Source: a virus
Taxonomy: Duplodnaviria > Caudoviricetes
Virus record (IMG/VR): IMGVR_UViG_3300036830_000098
Coordinates: 1 to 51,078 of that record
Length of the DNA stretch: 51,078 bases
Reading direction: 5' to 3' (one strand)
Shown: piece after piece, positions 36,176 to 45,885 of the stretch
How positions within the stretch are numbered: the first letter of the stretch is position 1
Layout: every line of letters begins with the position of its first letter
The notes under the pieces: generated by a model
Seen by the model: the letters and a program-made list of their open reading frames with translations, nothing else
What the model was told of the DNA's origin: nothing
Databases searched by the model: none
Made by a program: the position numbers and the translations under genes

Positions 36176-37159
36176 ATGGCCGGCCACGCCATCTACGCAC
36201 CTTCGTCGTCGGCAACTTGGCTGAAGTGCTCTTTCAGTGCGCGTAACAGCGTACCGGAAGCACCGAAGCCGCTGGCGACGAAGTTGGCGGCCGACGAAGG
36301 CACGCGCGGCCATGCGCTGCTAGAGGCTGCAATTTCCAAAATGGAAATGCCGGACGAAGGCGACAGCAAAGCCGAAGCAATCGCACTCGGAATGGACTTC
36401 ATCGATCAGTTAGAAGACGGCGAAATGGGCGCCGAAGTGGAAGGCGAGCTGGCCCCCGAATGCGGCGGCACGACCGATCTTTTGAACCTGCATCCGCACA
36501 TAACAACCGTTTTCGACGCGAAGTTTGGCAAGTGGGACGTGGATGCCTACCACAATACGCAAATGCTGACTTATGCGGCCATTCACCTACCGCGCACGAC
36601 AGCGGAGTGGTTCCGGCTTGTGATCTTTCAGCCGTTCGGTTTGGACGAGACGCCTTTCAAGCAATGGCTGGCACACCGTAGCGAAGTCGAGGCGCATCGC
36701 GAGCGCGTGCTTCGCGCTATCGTGGATCGAAGTGCGCCGACGCCGGGGCCGCATTGCCGCTGGTGTCGCGCATTCCAGCAGTGCCCCGCGATGGCGACCG
36801 ACGCCGGGTTTTTAATGGGCGCCATGTCGCGCGATCCGGCGACACTGACACCCGACGAACTGGTGCGCATGCTGCGCCTGATTCGCGCTCTCGGGGACGT
36901 GAAGGCGGTCTACGATGATATTTTGACGGCGAAGCTAAAGCTGGGCCACGCGGCGGCCGGCGCAACGCTGAAACCGGGACGTAGCTTCCGGGCCTGGAAT
37001 GACCAGGAACAGGCCGCCAAAGTGCTTTACGAAGCTTTTGGCCCCCGTGGGATCAAGCCGGTGTCGCCCGCGCAGGCCGAAAAACTTGGGCTGGCCGGAA
37101 AGCAGTATGCGGTTGTGGGCGCGCACAAGCCCGAAGCGGAACTCAAAGTTTTTTATTAA
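36176..37159 (+). CDS. DUF2800-like Cas4/PD-(D/E)xK exonuclease
   Basis: HA..APSS..W..C, EGT..H, GTTD, DAKFG, Q...YA, CRWC.....C Fe-S-type cysteines. Confidence 0.85.
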   Translation: MAGHAIYAPSSSATWLKCSFSARNSVPEAPKPLATKLAADEGTRGHALLEAAISKMEMPDEGDSKAEAIALGMDFIDQLEDGEMGAEVEGELAPECGGTTDLLNLHPHITTVFDAKFGKWDVDAYHNTQMLTYAAIHLPRTTAEWFRLVIFQPFGLDETPFKQWLAHRSEVEAHRERVLRAIVDRSAPTPGPHCRWCRAFQQCPAMATDAGFLMGAMSRDPATLTPDELVRMLRLIRALGDVKAVYDDILTAKLKLGHAAAGATLKPGRSFRAWNDQEQAAKVLYEAFGPRGIKPVSPAQAEKLGLAGKQYAVVGAHKPEAELKVFY

Positions 37160-37293
37160 TGGCAGCCGCCTTCCCGTCTATTTTGATTATGCTCGACGCA
37201 TGCGCTGGTATCGCCTACGCTTTCGGGGGCGATTGGCGGCGCTCTGTGTACTGGTTCGCTGCTGCCATACTGACGGCTTGCGTGACTTTTTAA
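37159..37293 (+). CDS. 44-aa membrane protein
   Basis: TAATG coupling; MAAAFPSILIMLDACAGIAYAFGGDWRRSVYWFAAAILTACVTF. Confidence 0.6.
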   Translation: MAAAFPSILIMLDACAGIAYAFGGDWRRSVYWFAAAILTACVTF

Positions 37294-37367
37294 CCTTGAC
37301 TACGCCTACTCGTGTCCGTACGCTACCCAAGTTGAAACTTTGACAAACTGACAAAAGGAACTGACAA

Positions 37368-38132
37368 ATGGCAAGCAACAGACAGTATGAAGCAGCTACA
37401 GTTTTTAATGCTCGCATTGTGGATATGCGCCACCTTTGGGAGCCGTCCCGCGAGTACCAAGGCAAGCCATCCGCAAAACCGAACTACTTTGCCATGTTCA
37501 TCGTGCCAAAGACGCAGGCACAGTGGCACATGGAACCAGCACTTGCTGGCATCACTGCCGCGTGCGGCAAGCTCTACGCTACTAACCCGCACGTTATCGC
37601 ATGGCCCGTCGTTGACGGCGACATGCCAAGTCCCCAAGGCAAGACTTCCGAGTTCGCCAAGGGGCACTGGCTGTTCTCGGCATCTACGAGCAACCCGCCG
37701 AACGTCGAAATCGTGCAAGCGGGCGGCGTACTGACAAAGCTGACGCAGAAAGTCGGGGTCAAGCCGGGCGATTATGTAATGGCCGGCGTGACTGCGGCCG
37801 TGAAACAGAATGATGCCCGTGGTGTCAAGCTGTACCTCAACGCCGTGGTATTCTCCGGTCCTGGTGAAGAAATCGTATTCGCCAACTCGGTCAGCGGTGC
37901 CGAGCTGATGAAGATGGCACAACAGCAGGGCCTCCAGGTTACGGGTTTCTCCGGTGCGCCTGGCGGCTTCGGGGGTCAGGGTGGCGGGGGTTTTACGCCG
38001 CCGGCCGGAAGCTTTGCCCTTACGACGGGAAACAATGCTACTCCGGGTGCCCAGGCCCAACCTGGGTCGGCTTTCGGTGGGAATGCGACATTCCCTTCTA
38101 ACCCGCCGGCTGGTCCTTTCGGCCCGCGTTGA
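37368..38132 (+). CDS. Single-stranded DNA-binding protein (DUF2815 / gp2.5-like)
   Basis: LWEP, P.Y...F..PK, DGD, GV..YLNAV; Gly/Pro-rich tail; AAGGA SD; follows the DUF2800-like gene. Confidence 0.8.
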   Translation: MASNRQYEAATVFNARIVDMRHLWEPSREYQGKPSAKPNYFAMFIVPKTQAQWHMEPALAGITAACGKLYATNPHVIAWPVVDGDMPSPQGKTSEFAKGHWLFSASTSNPPNVEIVQAGGVLTKLTQKVGVKPGDYVMAGVTAAVKQNDARGVKLYLNAVVFSGPGEEIVFANSVSGAELMKMAQQQGLQVTGFSGAPGGFGGQGGGGFTPPAGSFALTTGNNATPGAQAQPGSAFGGNATFPSNPPAGPFGPR

Positions 38133-38146
38133 GGATTGAAAATTAA

Positions 38147-38186
38147 TTAGGGGCGCAGAACTTCGGTTCTGCGCCCCTAAGTTTTT
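38147..38186 (+). terminator. Rho-independent terminator
   Basis: Perfect 15-bp stem TTAGGGGCGCAGAAC-TTCG-GTTCTGCGCCCCTAA followed by GTTTTT. Confidence 0.92.
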
Positions 38187-38201
38187 GAGTGGGCTATCCT
38201 G

Positions 38202-39324
38202 TCAGATTAAAGTAGTGCCGAATTGGCTAGGTTGATTTTCAGGATCGAAGATAGCACGTAGATGAACGGCGGCGACGGCCATAAGCTTGTTGGCACCGAG
38301 AATGTCCGGCGTGTTATCGCCAAGTTGGGTTGGTCGGCGCTGCACCCCGCGCTCAAGAAGCGTGATTAGCGTTTCCGTGCTTATTGGCTGCGGCCATTCC
38401 GTGAATGATTTTATCGCTAGATCAATCGCGCGTTCAAGATTAGTTTGCGGTTCCGGCATCGGGGGTGTCCTGACAGGCTATTGCGCCCTAGCTGGCGCAG
38501 GAAAAAGGGAGACTACATTGCCGAACTCAAGGGCGCGGATTATCAGCGCGGCCTGCTCAGGGTATTGACCGTTCTGATTGCAACGGGCCACGAGCAGCCC
38601 CTTGTATTCGTTCTCATAGATGCTGGTGGCAAAATTATCGTTGCCAACTTCATCAACGGCGGTCCAGCGCGGTTCGGCCATCGGGCCTATTCCTCCAACT
38701 CGCCGGTTCCCATTACGAACCGAGCAATGCGTTTACAGACTGAGCGCCGTTCCTTGTCGAGTGCTTCGAGTGCCTTCTTGGCGAGATCGAGAGAGTTTTC
38801 TTGGCACCAGCAATCGGCGCGGTTCTGACCCCATCGACAATCCTTGCTGCAATCGCCAGCTTCGGCGTCCCAAATGGCGCGGCCAGCAATCTCGATTTCC
38901 TGCTCGCGCTTCATTGCGGGGTCCTCTGACAATCTGCTAGTGCATTTCATCGAGCGTTTCGGCAACTTGTTTGAAGTCGCCGTAAGTCATCTTTCTGACG
39001 TGCGTGGCGTAAGGGTCATGGCCACTACGAACCGGATGCTCCGGGGACCACTCAAAGCCATCGGAGCCAGAGAACGCATAGCCAGGATCGGTGTCTTGGG
39101 GGCGGGGCTCTGCCATCGGGCATAATCCGTTAGGCAGCCGGCTTCATCCGGCGCGTCTCTACGACGCCTTGAATTTCCTGCGTACCGATCAGCTTGTAAA
39201 CGCCAACCACAGTCTTGACGCCAAGCTCGCTGGCCTGGAGAACGTCGTCATATGGCTGGAGATAGTCCGGCCCGTCGCCGCCGTTTTCGCGCTTAATGAT
39301 CAACTGTTTTGGAAACTTTTTCAT
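38202..39324 (-). CDS. Five small accessory ORFs: 38202..38459, 38478..38681, 38687..38914, 38937..39116 and 39130..39324
   Basis: Co-oriented and closely spaced, most with SD-like sequences; transcribed away from the resolvase. Confidence 0.6.
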
Positions 39325-39334
39325 GTGGCCTCCG

Positions 39335-39400
39335 TTTCTGTAGCTTTACATACGCCTCTTGACTCATGGTGTCAAGTGAGCGTATGCTTATCTACAGAAA
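39335..39400. promoter_or_regulatory. Long imperfect inverted repeat: candidate res site and divergent promoters
   Basis: TTTCTGTAG..CATACGC..CTTGAC-tcatggt-GTCAAG..GCGTATG..CTACAGAAA. Confidence 0.7.
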
Positions 39401-39418
39401 TAGGGGCGTCCACGCCGC

Positions 39419-40054
39419 ATGGCAAAAAAGACGAAAATCGAGCCGCAGGGCTTCTTGGTGGGATATGCGCGAGTTTCGACCCAAGATCAGAATTTGGACC
39501 TCCAACTTGATGCCCTGCGAAAAGCAGGCGTCAAAGAGGACAATCTGCACGTCGAAAAGATATCCGGCGCGGCTTCCAAGCGCCCGGCGCTCGATCTCGC
39601 CATCATGGACCTACGCGAGGGCGACACGCTGCTGGTCTGGCGGCTCGACCGCTTCGCCCGGTCCATGCGCGACCTCTACGCCAGGCTCGATCGGGTCTAT
39701 GCCAAGGGCGCGAAGTTCCGCAGCCTTACCGAGTCCTTCGACTTCGACACCTTCACGGGCAAGTTCGTCCTCGGCATCCTTGGACTGGTGGCCGAGCTGG
39801 AACGTCAGATCATCGCGCACCGCACAAAGGCGGGCATCGACACATGGAAGGCCAAGGGTAAGGGCCAGTGGGGCCGACAGGCCATTCTCAGCGAGGCCAA
39901 GGTCAAGCAGGCTGGCAAGATGCTGAACAAGGGAATGAGCGGGCCGCAGGTGGCGAAGCACTTCAAGGTTTCGACACCGACCATATATCAGCACTATGCG
40001 CTGAACCGTTCTGGCCGTGGCCTGCGGTTCATCCGTAAGACCAAACCAAAGTGA
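39419..40054 (+). CDS. Small serine recombinase (resolvase/invertase) with C-terminal HTH
   Basis: GYARVSTQDQ, SG...RP, GDTLLVWRLDRFARS, AELER, VSTPTIY. Confidence 0.95.
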   Translation: MAKKTKIEPQGFLVGYARVSTQDQNLDLQLDALRKAGVKEDNLHVEKISGAASKRPALDLAIMDLREGDTLLVWRLDRFARSMRDLYARLDRVYAKGAKFRSLTESFDFDTFTGKFVLGILGLVAELERQIIAHRTKAGIDTWKAKGKGQWGRQAILSEAKVKQAGKMLNKGMSGPQVAKHFKVSTPTIYQHYALNRSGRGLRFIRKTKPK

Positions 40055-40065
40055 GGAGACTGAAC

Positions 40066-41541
40066 ATGCCGGCAGAGGACGTGCACATAGCCCACCTAAC
40101 CCAGGTCATCGGGCATCTGAAATCCATGACGGCTTGCGTCATCCGCGGCTATGAGCAGGCAGTCGAGGAACTTGGTCGCGAAGGCGATCATCGCGGCGAG
40201 GATTGGTCAGCCGCACACAAGTTCTTGAGATCGAGACTAGACACGTTCAAGACCGGCGGCGGCGATCTGCCGACGCGCGACGATTATCCGCGATAGTGCG
40301 GAAGGAACAGGAACGCCGAGATGGGCAAAAGTCGCTTGGAAGAATTGGCCGATATTTTTGAGACTGCGTCTAAGCAGCCGACTAATATCATCGATCCACC
40401 GTTCGACTGTGTGACGGTCAACCTGCGGCCAGAGACATGCGCTGAGATTTCTAAAAATCTGCGCGCGATGCAAACCTTGGCCGATCAGGCCACCAAACCA
40501 TTTGTAGGATGAGGAATTTGAAATGACTTTCGGTGGTCCAGAACCGGACAACTACCCGATGATGGAACGAATAGCGCGCGAGCGCAGATTGTGCGTCGGT
40601 CAAATTGTCAATGTTGTCTATCTGCGCGAGGTTGACGCGGGCACTGATAACGCTTGTTGGGTCGTTTGCAACAAGGTTGATCCTGGCGCTGTTCGTTTCA
40701 CTGACGAGTAAACAAAAGAGAACTTACCGCGCCCGGCGGCTCCGGGCATAGAAGCAGGAGAAGAAGCGATGTTTACGTTGAAGCTCTATCGGAACGGACC
40801 TCTGCCGCCTTCGGGGCGGACTATCATTCTCGAAACGGTCGGCCTTTGGGTCAACCATTGCGAAGGTGACGTGAAACATATCCTCGCCTTCAAAAAGAAA
40901 GTCGGCGTCCAAGATGAGGATGGCACGCCAGAGTTCTATGTCGGCGGCACGCCGATCAAATATGAGGACTTGCCGAAGGATGCACCGTCCGCCTCTTTCA
41001 GCGACCGCGACGATAACTATTTCGGTTGGGGCGTCCTCGAAAACGCTCAAGGCAAAACAACTGAAATGTTTCGATAGGTGAAGCCGGGCGCTGGCGGTGT
41101 TCGTCAGCGCCCACGAGGATTATGAGTTTGCATGTCGCCCGGGGAGAAGCGCAGACGGCAGGCCAAGCGAGCGCGTGACCGCGCCGCGTATGATCTATTA
41201 ATGGCGCCGTTGAGGGCTTCCGGTTCCGTTTGTGGTACATGCGCCCACTTCGCCAAGGCACCCTACGACAAGACGAAACATATTTGCGAAATAGACACCG
41301 ACAGTGACGGCTATACGGTCGTCAAGGCTGATGGCCTGTGTCCACAATGGACGCACAAATAACAGGATCGACCATGACGGCAACCGACAAACAGCGGGCG
41401 CTTATCTTGACCGGATGGGTATGCGCGCGTCTCTCTAGCGGTGATTGGAAGCTTGCACTATTCGATACCGCCGTCGGTATCGGATTGCTCGCTATCGCGC
41501 ACTGGATCGACGAAAGTTGGTTCTCACCCCTAAAGAACTAG
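40066..41541 (+). CDS. Six small accessory ORFs: 40066..40296, 40321..40512, 40523..40711, 40769..41077, 41132..41362 (Cys-rich) and 41374..41541
   Basis: Co-oriented behind the resolvase, mostly with AGGA/GAGG SDs. Confidence 0.6.
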
Positions 41542-41553
41542 GAGCCCGTTCAA

Positions 41554-43491
41554 TTGCTTCGCCCTGACGACCTGCCTTGTGACCTGGAAACACGCAGCCG
41601 CGTCGATCTTAAACGCGCAGGTGCACGGCGGTATTCCGCCGACGCGAGCACGCAGATCACGACGGCGGTGTGGCGTTTTCGCGGGGTGAAGAAACGTGCT
41701 TGTACGGTGCATCCGCATTTAGGAACGCATTCGATTTATCAACTCTACGACGATATCCGGCAATGCAGCCGTTTCGTCGCGCATCATGCAAACTTCGACG
41801 TGAACGTACTCATAAAGCAAAATCCTTTTTTCACGTTGCCGCTGTCAAAAATTGATTGCACGATGGCGAGGGCGCAGGCGCTTGCGCTCCCCGGCGGACT
41901 CGACCAAGTTTGCACCGCGTTGGGTATCAAGGGCAAAGACCCGCGCGGGCGCGCACTTGTCATGGCAACATGCAAGCCGCAACGCGATGGTACTTTTAAC
42001 GAAGATACGCAGACGTTCCGCGAACTGCTCGAATACAACGACCAAGATACCGAATGTCTTATTGAGCTGGATAGCAGGCTGCCCCCGCTGTCGCCGGACG
42101 AACGGCTGATATTTGAACGAACATGGCGCAAGAACGAACTGGGGCTGCCGATCGATGTACATCTTGCCACGGCCATCGCCATGCGCCGGCAGGAGATCGA
42201 GCACCAGAGCACCGCAACACTGATGGAGCTGACCGGGAACGCGGTAACTAAACTTTCGCAACGCCAACGCATCATTGAGTGGTGCAATAGCGGCAACCGC
42301 GCTGCCGGGTTGGAGAGTACGCAAAAGCACGTCGTCGCGGAAAAACTGGCCGATGAAAACCTGCACCCCAATGTGCGAATTGTTCTTGAATTGCTGCAAT
42401 CCGAAGGCGGTTCCGCACCTTTAAAAGCGCAAGCACTGTTGGACCGGCACGTTGGCGGCTACTATAAAGACGCAACGCGGTACTTCGGGGCACGATCGGG
42501 ACGCGGCACGTCGGAAGGCGTCAACACATTCAATATCGCGCGCCCATCCGGCAAGTATGATGGGCAGGACGGGCGCCCAACAATAGACAGCGTTATCAGT
42601 GGACTAAAGCAGGGTTTTAAGTACGACAACATTGCGCTTACTGACTGTCTGCGCGGCATGATTGTCGCCCCCGAAGGCTGGATGATTTGCGATAACGACC
42701 TATCGAACGCAGAATACCGCATTGCTTTGTGGATGGCTGGCGACACCGATCGTTTGAACGTACTGGCGACGGGCGGCGATCCCTACATCTACAATGCAAT
42801 AGCGATGGGCCGCTGTCCGCCGGACTCAACTAAGCATACGCATCCGCACGAGAGGCAAAGCTATAAGTCCGTGACGCTGGGGGGCAATTATCAACTCGGT
42901 TGGAAGACATACATGGCGCATCAACGCCGCGCCGGCAACAGCATGGACGAAAACAAAGCGCGTTCCGACATTGACGGTTACCGACAGGCGAATCCGCTAC
43001 TTGTGCAGCTTTGGTATGCACTTGCTGACGCATTCAAATTTGCCATCTACGAGCTGCCGGGCCGCATTTTCCCGGCTGGCAAAGTATCTTTCCAAAAAGA
43101 CGGGCATGGCACCGTCTGGATGCTGCTGCCGTCCGGCCGCGCCGTGCCGCACTACTCCGCGCACATTACTTACGGCGGTGAGATGGCTTTCTTCCGCGGC
43201 AAGTATGGCGCTATGCTCAGGCAAAAGGCGTTTGGAGGGAGTCTTTTAGAAATCGCCTGCCAGTCCATGACGCGGGACTTAGTAACCGCCGCCGAAGCCG
43301 ATATCGAGCGCGAACTGCCGGACGTACATTTGATTTTGGATGTGTACGATTCCATACTGGCGCTTGCGCCCGCTCGCATTGCAAAGCAGCGATCCGAACA
43401 AATGCGTCAAATTATGAAACGCCCGCGTTCATGGACTTCGGGGCTGCCGCTGGATTGCGAAGGCTATGAAAGTTTAAGAATGTCCAAATGA
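41554..43491 (+). CDS. polA: Family A DNA polymerase with 3'-5' exonuclease
   Basis: ExoI DLET, ExoII HANFD, ExoIII YNDQD; motif A DLSNAEYR, motif B RQSYKSVTLGGNY, motif C VYDS; AGGAG SD with TTG start. Confidence 0.9.
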   Translation: MLRPDDLPCDLETRSRVDLKRAGARRYSADASTQITTAVWRFRGVKKRACTVHPHLGTHSIYQLYDDIRQCSRFVAHHANFDVNVLIKQNPFFTLPLSKIDCTMARAQALALPGGLDQVCTALGIKGKDPRGRALVMATCKPQRDGTFNEDTQTFRELLEYNDQDTECLIELDSRLPPLSPDERLIFERTWRKNELGLPIDVHLATAIAMRRQEIEHQSTATLMELTGNAVTKLSQRQRIIEWCNSGNRAAGLESTQKHVVAEKLADENLHPNVRIVLELLQSEGGSAPLKAQALLDRHVGGYYKDATRYFGARSGRGTSEGVNTFNIARPSGKYDGQDGRPTIDSVISGLKQGFKYDNIALTDCLRGMIVAPEGWMICDNDLSNAEYRIALWMAGDTDRLNVLATGGDPYIYNAIAMGRCPPDSTKHTHPHERQSYKSVTLGGNYQLGWKTYMAHQRRAGNSMDENKARSDIDGYRQANPLLVQLWYALADAFKFAIYELPGRIFPAGKVSFQKDGHGTVWMLLPSGRAVPHYSAHITYGGEMAFFRGKYGAMLRQKAFGGSLLEIACQSMTRDLVTAAEADIERELPDVHLILDVYDSILALAPARIAKQRSEQMRQIMKRPRSWTSGLPLDCEGYESLRMSK

Positions 43492-44054
43492 CCTACAAGT
43501 TTTACAAAACTGTCAAAATTAAAAGTGGGCGTCCTCGCTGCCCGTACCGCGAAATGGCGGTGCGCATGAGCGTGCCTCGCTATGTCGATAAAAACGGCGT
43601 CGCTCGCATGACTGCTAGCGGCAATAAAATAGAGGGGCGTAAAGAACAACAAAGAACTGAGGCACGTATCAGAGGCGTGCAGCCTAGAAAACCAAAAGCT
43701 TCGCTGGAAGTAATTTCGGCTAAGAACGTAGCTCACGTTAAAAAGTGGCGCGAACAAAACCCGGACAAAAATAAGGCTTTGCGTTCTAGCGAAAATTTCA
43801 TGCGTCGTTCTGCCGTACGCGGTCGCGTGATGGAAAAAATAGGCGCTCAATTTTTAAAAGAACAACGTGACCGTCAGAACGATCTCTGTGCATACTGCGG
43901 TACTGATCTAAACGGCAGTGGTCACCAGGACCACGTAATTCCGGTGGCCAAGGGTGGCGCGCACGTACGAATAAACATAGTTTGGGCCTGCGAGTTGTGC
44001 AATCTGCGCAAAGGCGCTAAACTCGGTTGGGTTCCTTTTTGGGGCGGCAGATGA
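43488..44054 (+). CDS. HNH endonuclease
   Basis: CAYCG, DHVIPVAKGG.H..N...ACELCN..KG. Confidence 0.92.
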   Translation: MTYKFYKTVKIKSGRPRCPYREMAVRMSVPRYVDKNGVARMTASGNKIEGRKEQQRTEARIRGVQPRKPKASLEVISAKNVAHVKKWREQNPDKNKALRSSENFMRRSAVRGRVMEKIGAQFLKEQRDRQNDLCAYCGTDLNGSGHQDHVIPVAKGGAHVRINIVWACELCNLRKGAKLGWVPFWGGR

Positions 44055-44224
44055 AACCAACAATATGCAGAGAGCCGCACGACGAAACAAGACCCGACGT
44101 GTTGGATTACGAAACTGCGATGCTCATAATGGGTGACATAGAAAGTAGATCATCGTGGAGCACGCCATTCGTACTTGCCCAATGGGTCGCCAAAATAAGA
44201 AAATACGAACGAAACGTTAAATGA
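44051..44224 (+). CDS. Small hypothetical protein
   Basis: ATGA overlaps at both ends. Confidence 0.55.
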   Translation: MKPTICREPHDETRPDVLDYETAMLIMGDIESRSSWSTPFVLAQWVAKIRKYERNVK

Positions 44225-44736
44225 GCCAATTCGCGCAAGTCGGCCGCTTTGTTCTTCGTGATATTGAGCCCTGGGAAGGACCTGGACTTTTCGCCATGAC
44301 AGGCGACCGGCACGTCACGAAATACATGGGTTTCAAGGCCCACGACAGCGTTGACGACGCCACGCGGCTTATCCAGAGCTACAAAAATTCTCCGTCTACG
44401 TTCAAGGCCGTTTGCGTGGACGGGAGCCTAGGCGACATGATCGGCGTAGTTGGCATTGAGATAAGCAGGCACCAGGCCGCGATCACAATCATGTTTCGCC
44501 GCGACTGGAAAGCGCGGGGCGCGGGGCGCGAGTTCTCGGTGCCGTTTGTCAAGTGGGTTTTCACGCACCCTCAAATATGGCGAGTGTGGGCTTTTTGCCA
44601 CGTTGAAAACATTCCGGTACAAAGGGTACTTGAACGAATGGGCGCGAGACGCGAAGGTTTGCTGCATCGATTCGAGATATTCCCGAACATAAGCACGGAG
44701 CCTCAATCATGTTTCATTTACGCCATTACGCGGTAG
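44221..44736 (+). CDS. GNAT (RimJ/RimL-type) acetyltransferase
   Basis: D..VTKYM, IWRVWAFCHVENIPVQRVLERMGARREG. Confidence 0.85.
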   Translation: MSQFAQVGRFVLRDIEPWEGPGLFAMTGDRHVTKYMGFKAHDSVDDATRLIQSYKNSPSTFKAVCVDGSLGDMIGVVGIEISRHQAAITIMFRRDWKARGAGREFSVPFVKWVFTHPQIWRVWAFCHVENIPVQRVLERMGARREGLLHRFEIFPNISTEPQSCFIYAITR

Positions 44737-45218
44737 CCGCTATTGTTTTTGTTTTACTGGCATCGCCTGCGGAAGCGCGCGGGTGGCAATGGTTCGTCAC
44801 TCACATCAAACCAGGAAATCAGTGCAGTGGCAGGCCGATACCGACTACATATTATGGTGAAGGGCACCACAACGCCGATGGATCGCATTTCAACCCCTCC
44901 GGGCTTAGCGCCGCGTCGTGGGACTATCCTTTCGGCACCGTACTTGAAGTTACGAACTGCGCAAATGGGCGCAGTGTCAACGTCGTCATAAAAGATCGGG
45001 GTCCTGGCAGGCTTCAAGTTCGGCTAGGTATTCGACTGGACCTGTCGACCGGCGCAGCCCGCGCTATCATGCTTGGGCAAAATGGGCGCTTTGAGAGCGG
45101 GTACACGACGCACAGAGTCGTGTCGGTAGGCAGCGGTGAAGTATTTTCGCGTCACCGCAACAAAGGCAGTCATGTCATAATTAATGATATTGCTGCGCGG
45201 GCTCCGTATCCGTTCTAA
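44709..45218 (+). CDS. RlpA-like double-psi beta-barrel lytic transglycosylase with signal peptide
   Basis: TTYYG...NADG..F.P..LSAA...PFGT.LEVTN...VVIKDRGP...LDLS..AA; signal ending AEA/R. Confidence 0.85.
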   Translation: MFHLRHYAVAAIVFVLLASPAEARGWQWFVTHIKPGNQCSGRPIPTTYYGEGHHNADGSHFNPSGLSAASWDYPFGTVLEVTNCANGRSVNVVIKDRGPGRLQVRLGIRLDLSTGAARAIMLGQNGRFESGYTTHRVVSVGSGEVFSRHRNKGSHVIINDIAARAPYPF

Positions 45219-45838
45219 AACATCGCAGCAATAGAACCGATACCGCCGAACATCGAACCGAGGCCACTGCCTTTGCCGCTGCTGTTCTTGGCTTGCGCCG
45301 CTGCAAGACTCGCGTCCGCGCTGTTTTGTGAGGCAGTGACGCCGGCCTGCTGTCCCGTCGCCGTCGTGCCGACACCGATCGCCTGGAACATATTTCCCAG
45401 CGCGCTTTCGAGCTGCCCGAATTGCTGGTTGTTGCCCGTCAGGTATTCGTTGTACGCATTGTTCGCGTTCTGCGCCACAATACCGCTGTCAATGGTGCCA
45501 AGCGCCCGCTCGTTTGCGCCCGATAGAAGACCGCCCTGCGCCGCTGCGCTGTTGTTCTGCCCTGCGTTGGCCTGTTGCAACTGGTACTGCGCTGCCGGCG
45601 TGTTCGTGTAGCCGGACATAAACTGATCGTAGCCCTGCGTATTGGCTGCCGCAGTCTGCACGCCACCGATTGCATTGGTTGCCGGCTGGAGAAATGACTG
45701 ACCGAACGTATTGTATGGCGCAACGGCGCTATTAAAGCTGCTGGAGTTGTTGCTGACGTTCTCGATGCCTTGATTTAAGTCTTGTGCGCCAATCTGTGCG
45801 CCGATTACTTGACCTAGGCCAGAACCGAAACTGCTCAT
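45215..45838 (-). CDS. DNA pilot / small ejection protein (P22 gp7-like)
   Basis: APYN.FG, TP..QYQLQQ, NNSAAAQGGLLSG motifs; Gly/Ala/Gln/Asn-rich. Confidence 0.78.
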   Translation of the reverse strand: MSSFGSGLGQVIGAQIGAQDLNQGIENVSNNSSSFNSAVAPYNTFGQSFLQPATNAIGGVQTAAANTQGYDQFMSGYTNTPAAQYQLQQANAGQNNSAAAQGGLLSGANERALGTIDSGIVAQNANNAYNEYLTGNNQQFGQLESALGNMFQAIGVGTTATGQQAGVTASQNSADASLAAAQAKNSSGKGSGLGSMFGGIGSIAAMF

Positions 45839-45885
45839 ATCCTAGGCCCTTGCAATGTATGACATTTAAGCCTAGTCTAGCATCC

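Noticed and set aside
41554-43491. Z-genome or other hypermodified-base system
   Set aside because: I recognised no PurZ, dATPase or deazaguanine genes, and the polymerase substitutions alone are insufficient evidence.
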